Source: a virus. From it: 64,000 bases of DNA. The stretch is from the IMG/VR virus record IMGVR_UViG_3300022752_000035, positions 1 to 64,000 of that record. One strand, written 5' to 3'. Below, one piece after another: positions 57,777 through 64,000 of this stretch (position 1 is its first letter; each line of letters starts with the position of its first letter). The notes beneath the pieces were generated by a model. The model did no database searches. It saw only the letters and a program-made list of their open reading frames with translations, and was not told where the DNA came from. A program made the translations under genes and the position numbers.

Positions 57777-58373
57777 ATGGGAATGGGCACTCCAAATATT
57801 TCAAGGTCTTTTGGCTCCGAAGATACTGGATCTATAAATGACGGAATGATTACATGGGCAAATAAATCTTTAGGATATAATTTTTTAAAAAATGATATAA
57901 TTAAATATAAAGGAGATTTTTGGTATTGCATTAAAGACCATTTTAAAAATGTAGAAAGTGAACCAGGTACAAACTCAGGTAATACATATTGGGGAGGAGT
58001 AATAGTCCTTTCAAATAATATGTTAATTACAAAATTTATCTGGACACCTTCTTATACATCTGCTATTCAACATAAACCAAGCGTTACAACAATTAGATTT
58101 GGTAATGGATATGAGCAAAGAATTTCTAAAACCATTAATCCTGATTTAAAAACGTTACAATTAAATTTTGATCAAAGAAATTCAAGAGAAGCTAGAGCAA
58201 TTATACATTTTTTAAAACAAAGAGCTGGCGTTCAAGCTTTCGCTTATAATCCAGGAGATATTTATTCTGAACAGAGTTATAGAACAAAATATGTTTGTAG
58301 AGAATGGGAAACTAATTTTACATTTAAAGAAAATTATTCTGTCCGTGCAAAATTTGAAGAAGTTTCTGCTTGA
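57777..58373 (+). CDS. Lambda gpM-like minor (distal) tail protein with N-terminal carbohydrate-binding-like module
   Basis: IRFGNGYEQR, LQLNF...IIHFLKQRAGVQAFAYNP, RAKFEEV. Confidence 0.85.
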   Translation: MGMGTPNISRSFGSEDTGSINDGMITWANKSLGYNFLKNDIIKYKGDFWYCIKDHFKNVESEPGTNSGNTYWGGVIVLSNNMLITKFIWTPSYTSAIQHKPSVTTIRFGNGYEQRISKTINPDLKTLQLNFDQRNSREARAIIHFLKQRAGVQAFAYNPGDIYSEQSYRTKYVCREWETNFTFKENYSVRAKFEEVSA

Positions 58374-58394
58374 TGAAAGAAATGGAGAAATAAT

Positions 58395-60701
58395 ATGGGA
58401 ATGGGAGAAGTGCCTAATCAAGCTATGCAAGCAAGTGAATATTTTTTGCAAGCGCTTGAGGCTCAAAGATCAATCAATTCGCATATTCATGAGATAGAAC
58501 CAACAACGCCAGTATTTTTATATGAAATTGATTTAAATGAGATTAAACCTGCAACTATTTCTTATCCAAACAGAAATGGGCCCGTTAAAGATGGGGTGAT
58601 AAGAATACATAATGATTTTAATCTTTTTAATATTAATCGAGGAATTATAAAATGGAAAGGTAATCTTTATTTTCCATTTCCTGTTTATGGTGAACAATTT
58701 GATATAACTTCGAATGGCACAATTCCAACTCCTAAAGTTAAATTTTCTAGTCAATTTTTAGATGATGAATTTAATTCATTCTATAAATATATAAGAATGC
58801 AAATTCAAGAACTAAAAGATATTGTAGGTTCTAAAGTCACAAGAAGAAAAACATTTGTTAGATATTTAAGCCCAGATAATTTTCCCGCAGGAGTAAATCC
58901 TTTTAATACTTTTACAGATACTCCATGGGCATCAAGAGATGGAGAAGCGCTTACTGTAAGATCGTTAGAAAGAGTACCAATTGATTTTGCAAAATGGTTA
59001 GTTTATACTATCAAATCTATACAAAGTTCAAATAAAATTTTCACATGTCTTCGTACAGACGATAGATTAAAAACTTTAAATATTAATTTACAAAAACAAA
59101 TCTATAACTTAAATTCTTTAGATTTTTTTAACTTATTTATTAATGATGATATTAATTTAAGTCCAGACGTATTAGACGCATTTTCTTCTGATATTTTTAT
59201 TATTCAATCTAATAATACTTATACAAATATTATTCCTGTCGCTCAAAATGAATTTAAAAAAATAAATACAAATACACCAATTAAGGTTTTATGTTATTAT
59301 AGCTTAAGGAATTTCAGTAATACAAGTAGTGCTTTAATAAATTATCCTGTTACTTTTTCTGAATCTAGCTCTGAATTAATGACGCTTCTTTCTTTTAGAT
59401 CAATAAATGAAACTATTGCAGAAAAATTTAATTATTCTATATCTACCCAAACCTCAACAAGTTTTACTACTCTATTTTCAAAATCTTTAAATGGTAATTT
59501 TGATATTAATTATCTAACAATTCCAACGGGTGTTTATACTGGAGTGAATCCATATTCAAATGAAGATGCAAAATTTATTGGATTAAAACTAAATCCAAAT
59601 TTTGGTTCTGCTACGTCTGGAGAGTATGATATCGTTTTTCCAGTAACATTTTCGAATGTACCAAAAATATTATTTAATAGTTGGGGAAGTGCAGGGTTCT
59701 TATATGATCAATATTTAAAAAATATTACTTCTACAGGATGTACATTTGTAGCAACTCATACAGGAAACAATGCTCAATTACAGACTCAAAATATTAATTT
59801 AATTGCAACAGATTACATAACAGACCAACTTACGCCACCAAATAATACTCAAATATATACAGCGTATCAAAATATGGCAAAGAATAATTTAAACGAAATA
59901 AATCAAAAAAGAATTGATATTTATGAAGTGGAATTAACTCCAGATATATACTATATTGATAGAAAAGTGCAAGAAGATTCTCAAAATGTTATTTATGAAT
60001 TAGCTTCATTACTTGATGTCGAAGGAGTAAAATTACCAGGAAGAATTTTATTATCTAAAAATTGTCCATTTACTTATCGTGGCGAAGGATGTTTGTATGA
60101 ACGATATGATAGATTAACTGTAGTTCATTCTGGGGTGTATGGAGGGATTGGCTCGGTAATTAATGCAAATTCTACAGCAAATTCAAATGGTATATCAAAA
60201 TCTAACTTATCTTTTTCTCAGCAATGTCATGGTCTTCAATCTGCCCCGCCTGTTGCAAACGCTTCGGATAATTCATTTTCTCAATATAGGCAAGGAGATT
60301 GGAGAGATCGAGGAACATGGCAACAAGGTATAACTTATTATTATGGAAATTATATATATATAGAAAAAAATTATATAAAATATTATTTTGTGTGCAAACA
60401 ACAGCACACAGCCGATTTAATTAATTGTCCACCAAATTCTCAATTCTGGGAGTCTGATACGTGTTCAAAAACTTTAGTTGGTTGTAGAGCTAGATGGAGA
60501 AATAATCCAAATTTTACTAAAAATTTATTATCTGTTAATCATGTTTTTGGTAATAATCAAATTGTTGATCCTTTATTGAAAATAGAAGTAAGTGCTCCCA
60601 AAGATGTTAATGGTACTCAATTAATGGGTGTTTTACCTTTTGGTGGATTCCCATCTGTAGAAGGAAAATTCCAATCTCAACAAAGTATGCCAGGAGTTTA
60701 A
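58395..60701 (+). CDS. Lambda gpL-like tail tip protein with large insertions
   Basis: LYEIDL, IKWKGNLYFPFPV, GSKVTRRKTFVRYL, YYIDRK, YELASLLD, CPFTYRGEGCLY, DTCSKTLVGCRAR, LPFGGFP. Confidence 0.9.
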   Translation: MGMGEVPNQAMQASEYFLQALEAQRSINSHIHEIEPTTPVFLYEIDLNEIKPATISYPNRNGPVKDGVIRIHNDFNLFNINRGIIKWKGNLYFPFPVYGEQFDITSNGTIPTPKVKFSSQFLDDEFNSFYKYIRMQIQELKDIVGSKVTRRKTFVRYLSPDNFPAGVNPFNTFTDTPWASRDGEALTVRSLERVPIDFAKWLVYTIKSIQSSNKIFTCLRTDDRLKTLNINLQKQIYNLNSLDFFNLFINDDINLSPDVLDAFSSDIFIIQSNNTYTNIIPVAQNEFKKINTNTPIKVLCYYSLRNFSNTSSALINYPVTFSESSSELMTLLSFRSINETIAEKFNYSISTQTSTSFTTLFSKSLNGNFDINYLTIPTGVYTGVNPYSNEDAKFIGLKLNPNFGSATSGEYDIVFPVTFSNVPKILFNSWGSAGFLYDQYLKNITSTGCTFVATHTGNNAQLQTQNINLIATDYITDQLTPPNNTQIYTAYQNMAKNNLNEINQKRIDIYEVELTPDIYYIDRKVQEDSQNVIYELASLLDVEGVKLPGRILLSKNCPFTYRGEGCLYERYDRLTVVHSGVYGGIGSVINANSTANSNGISKSNLSFSQQCHGLQSAPPVANASDNSFSQYRQGDWRDRGTWQQGITYYYGNYIYIEKNYIKYYFVCKQQHTADLINCPPNSQFWESDTCSKTLVGCRARWRNNPNFTKNLLSVNHVFGNNQIVDPLLKIEVSAPKDVNGTQLMGVLPFGGFPSVEGKFQSQQSMPGV

Positions 60702-60702
60702 T

Positions 60703-61449
60703 ATGGAATTTAATTCTCAAATTAAAAATTATATTAAAAATCTAGCTGTCAAAAAATTAGAAGAAGAAGTTTGTGGGTTTATATATTTCGATGAAAAAAA
60801 TTATAAATTTGAAATTTATCCATGTAAAAATAGAGCAGAAAATAAAAAAGATAATTTTACAATATCTCCACAAGACTATTTAAATTGCTCAAATTTAGGT
60901 AAAATTATAGCTTGTTATCATTCTCATATAAATGAAAATATTGAATTTAGTGAGATAGATAAAAATAATAGTAATATTTATAATATACATTATATACTAT
61001 ATAATATTAAATATGATATTTTTAATATTTATACTCCAAATAAAGAAAATAATCCATATGTTGGAAGACCTTTTATACTTGGCAAATCTGATTGTTTTAC
61101 ATTAATGCAAGAATATGCATGGAAAGAAAAGAAAGTCAAAATTGAATTTCCAAAAGAATTAATTTACCCAAGATATTTAGAAGATATCAAGGATTTATAT
61201 GAAAATAACTTTAAAAATCAAGGTTTTTTGAAATTAGATAAAAACGTTAAACTTCAAAAATTTGATGGTCTTATGATGCTTTTCCCAGCTATTTCAGATA
61301 AATTTCCAACACATGCCGCAGTTTATATAGGAGATGGCCTTATTTTGCATCAACCATTTAATTCTTTTTCTTGTGTAAATATATATGATAACTTTTTAAA
61401 AAAACATACTAGCTATGTTTTAAGGTATAAGGAGCTTATTAATGGTTAA
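60703..61449 (+). CDS. Lambda gpK-like tail assembly protein (JAB/MPN plus NlpC/P60)
   Basis: EEVCG...YHSH...SEID (JAB); YVGRPFILGKSDCF...HAAVYIGDGLILHQ (NlpC/P60). Confidence 0.92.
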   Translation: MEFNSQIKNYIKNLAVKKLEEEVCGFIYFDEKNYKFEIYPCKNRAENKKDNFTISPQDYLNCSNLGKIIACYHSHINENIEFSEIDKNNSNIYNIHYILYNIKYDIFNIYTPNKENNPYVGRPFILGKSDCFTLMQEYAWKEKKVKIEFPKELIYPRYLEDIKDLYENNFKNQGFLKLDKNVKLQKFDGLMMLFPAISDKFPTHAAVYIGDGLILHQPFNSFSCVNIYDNFLKKHTSYVLRYKELING

Positions 61450-62752
61450 AGTAAAATTACATGGATTTTTAGGCCAAGAAATTGGAGAAGAATGGAATCT
61501 AAATGTCTCTAGCGTTGCAGAAGCATTTAGAGCTATAGAAGCAAATACAAAAAAATTAACTAAATTTTTTATTAATCAATCTGAGAAAAATGCAAAATAT
61601 GAAATATTAATTAATCATCGTCCTTTATGGGTACCAAAAGCAGAAGAAATGCCAACAGATTACAAAGATGTAAATAAAAAACATTTTGCAAAATTATATG
61701 AATCCGAAATGTTTATGAATTTTGGTTCAGAGTTAAAAACTATAGATATTATACCAATATTAGAAGGAGCTGGTGGTGGAGGGGGTGCGGCTGGAGGATG
61801 TTTTCCAGCTGGAACAAAAATATCTACTCCACAAGGAATTAAAAATATTGAAGATCTTAAAGAAGGCGATGAAATTTTATCTTTTGATAAAGAGAAAAAT
61901 ATACAAATAGATATGATAGAAAAAGTCTTTGAACATGAAAATAATAAAATTTTAAAAATTACGTTATGGGATGGTTCAATAATAAGAGCTACAGGAAATC
62001 ACTGGTTTTTTAATGAATATAATAGATTTACTCCTTTAGAAAATTTTAAAATTGGAGATGTCTTAATACATAAAAGTGGCGACGTTATGCCAATTGAAAA
62101 AATAGAAGAAGATGGAAATGAAAAAGTCTATAATTTTCATGTTTTAAAAAATCATACATATATAGCTGATAATATTTTAGTGCATAATGGAGGAGGAGGA
62201 AAAGGAGGAGGTGGAGGAAAAGGTGGTGGTGGAGGAGGATTTAAAAGTATTTTTGCTGTATTTTTAGCTATTATTTTAGCTCCAGTTACAGGAGGCGGCT
62301 CTCTTGGTATATTAGGGATGTTAGCTCCTGCAATTTTAGGATTAGTAGCTCTTGGAGTATCAATGTTATTAATGAAGCCGCCACCAATGGTAAGTCCTCA
62401 ACAAATAGCGAATCCTTCAGCGGATTTTGAAGCTTCTCCAGATTCTGGAGGAGGAGAACCATCTTATACATTTAATGGTCCAGTCAATACAGTAGGTGAA
62501 GGTGGACCAGTACCAATTGGTTATGGAAGATTAATTATAGGAAGTCAACAGATTTTTAGTTCATACGATCAATTATATCGTATACAATCAAGAAGTAATA
62601 CATATGAAAGCGATGGTAAAGCGCCAATAGGCGCAGGAGCAGGGGAAAAAAACTATCCAACAAAAAGTTTTTATTTTACTCATGTTGGTTATCCAATAAA
62701 CATTCAAGATGTCCAAGGAAATTCAATGTCAGATAGCTCATTATCAATTTAA
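61442..62752 (+). CDS. Lambda gpI-like tail assembly protein with inserted Hint domain
   Basis: VKLHGFLG...SVAEAFRAI...IDIIPILEGAG (ubiquitin-like domain), hydrophobic helices, SYTFNGPVNTVGEGGPVPIGYGRLIIGS. Confidence 0.9.
   Translation: MVKVKLHGFLGQEIGEEWNLNVSSVAEAFRAIEANTKKLTKFFINQSEKNAKYEILINHRPLWVPKAEEMPTDYKDVNKKHFAKLYESEMFMNFGSELKTIDIIPILEGAGGGGGAAGGCFPAGTKISTPQGIKNIEDLKEGDEILSFDKEKNIQIDMIEKVFEHENNKILKITLWDGSIIRATGNHWFFNEYNRFTPLENFKIGDVLIHKSGDVMPIEKIEEDGNEKVYNFHVLKNHTYIADNILVHNGGGGKGGGGGKGGGGGGFKSIFAVFLAIILAPVTGGGSLGILGMLAPAILGLVALGVSMLLMKPPPMVSPQQIANPSADFEASPDSGGGEPSYTFNGPVNTVGEGGPVPIGYGRLIIGSQQIFSSYDQLYRIQSRSNTYESDGKAPIGAGAGEKNYPTKSFYFTHVGYPINIQDVQGNSMSDSSLSI
61799..62188 (+). other. 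Hint (mini-intein / bacterial intein-like) domain, 130 aa, no endonuclease
   Basis: Block A CFPAGTKISTP...IEDLKEGD, block B ATGNH, block F KVYNFHV, block G LVHN followed by Gly. Confidence 0.9.
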
Positions 62753-62755
62753 TTT

Positions 62756-64000
62756 ATGCCAAAAAAATGTAAAGATTGTGATCCAAATAAATATATCGAA
62801 GGGATAGCCTGGAGAGGAAAAAATGGCATTTCTTATGATGGTTATACTATATATAATGATGTTGGGAAACCGCTTGCATCAGATTCAACATTGGCAGATG
62901 TAAACGATTTAGTAGATGCTTATAATCCAATTTTTTCTCAAAGCACAACCTATCCAAATCCATTACCAGAGTCTCCCACGAATGGTGTAGAAATAACTGG
63001 TATAGATCGAGGCCAAGGGTTTTGGTTTGTATGGAGTTTTATAAATGGTTTAGTCATGTATGGTACGCCTGGAGTTGGAGTAAATGCTGCAAGTATAATT
63101 AGCTCAGGAACAGCTTCGGCAAGACTAGGTCAAGGCTTTTCTTTTAATGTACTTTTAGATCAAGTAGCCTCATATTTAACTTATACCGATTTTGGTGTCC
63201 TTGCAGACACAAATACAGATGATAGACTAAGATTTAGCAATACAAATAGTAATACAATACCATTTATCAAGACTAAAATTAATTATGTAGGATATTATAC
63301 TGGAATTATTCAGTCCGTCTTAAATGGAAATAGATATGTCAAAATAAATAATGTGACTCAATTAGAAACTTTTAAGGCTTATAAAAGTTTAACAATAAAA
63401 TGTACAGATGCAGAAGGCAATGACCCAATATATGTTACTAGTGCACCAACTATACATGTTTTTAAAAACCAAAGTTTTTCTTATTCTTTGACTACAAATT
63501 TAGCATCAAATAAATTTAATGCTTATTTAGATCAAAGTTCTTTAAATATTTTAGCAAATTTAGGACTAGCATGGAATCCTAGTTCTAAAACCATAACAGG
63601 AGTAGGTTCAACAAATTTAAGTTCAGAGATAAAAAATACAAATTTAAATTTTACTATTTATGGGCCAAATGCAGACGCAGGAAATAGAATAAGTTTTAGT
63701 TTAAATTTATTATATGGAGCACAAAATACTCAAACAGTATTACCAACGGTTAGCGCTACAACATTTAATCGAGTTGTAGGTACAAAATTTGAGCAAGGAT
63801 TAGCAGGCTTAAATAATAAGCATACAATTATAGGAATTTCTTCTTTACCAGAAGGATTAGTTTTTAATTCTACTAGTAAATCTATTACTGGAACACCAAA
63901 ACATGCGGGTACTTTTTATGCATATGCAAGCTGTTCTAATGCTAGAGGATCTAGCTCGAAAGTGACATTAACTTTTAATTTTAGTCCATATTCACTCAAT
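62756..64000 (+). CDS. Large tail protein with putative Ig (He_PIG-like) domains, truncated at the window edge; occupies the gpJ position
   Basis: Open frame from MPKKCKDCDP to the edge; SLPEGLVFNSTSKSITGTP...SNARGS Ig-like motif. Confidence 0.65.
   Translation, partial: MPKKCKDCDPNKYIEGIAWRGKNGISYDGYTIYNDVGKPLASDSTLADVNDLVDAYNPIFSQSTTYPNPLPESPTNGVEITGIDRGQGFWFVWSFINGLVMYGTPGVGVNAASIISSGTASARLGQGFSFNVLLDQVASYLTYTDFGVLADTNTDDRLRFSNTNSNTIPFIKTKINYVGYYTGIIQSVLNGNRYVKINNVTQLETFKAYKSLTIKCTDAEGNDPIYVTSAPTIHVFKNQSFSYSLTTNLASNKFNAYLDQSSLNILANLGLAWNPSSKTITGVGSTNLSSEIKNTNLNFTIYGPNADAGNRISFSLNLLYGAQNTQTVLPTVSATTFNRVVGTKFEQGLAGLNNKHTIIGISSLPEGLVFNSTSKSITGTPKHAGTFYAYASCSNARGSSSKVTLTFNFSPYSLN

Noticed and set aside
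1-64000. Stop-codon recoding, or eukaryotic giant-virus or cellular origin
   Set aside because: Long ORFs tile the window under the standard code; sigma70 promoters, tmRNA and lambda-type tail genes indicate a bacteriophage.

Overview
AT-rich 64 kb segment of a large tailed dsDNA bacteriophage, standard genetic code. The lambda-type M-L-K-I tail-tip genes suggest a siphovirus-like virion. A PEP-CTERM protein and other cargo suggest a Verrucomicrobia/PVC host (inference). Left to right: three tandem mosaic tail-fibre paralogues (minus strand); class I ribonucleotide reductase nrdAB; an unexplained structured non-coding region transcribed divergently from a phage tmRNA; a block of probable virion or capsid-cargo genes (HiPIP-like, ferritin-like, LamG) with a GIY-YIG endonuclease and a host-like PEP-CTERM cassette; an ~11 kb glycan-biosynthesis island (glycosyltransferases, methyltransferases, nucleotidyltransferase, cupin, a form IV RuBisCO-like protein, GDPD, gmd); a replication module (RecA, DnaB, ThyX, primase, DnaE split into PHP and catalytic genes, DEDDh exonuclease, Whirly-like SSB, annealing protein); and a tail module whose gpI-like protein carries a Hint domain directly after its ubiquitin-like domain. 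Two promoter classes are visible (sigma70 TTGACA-N17-TATAAT type and a GTGTAA motif), both mostly positioned to give leaderless or near-leaderless mRNAs. All family assignments come from motif recognition by eye; no database searches were run.
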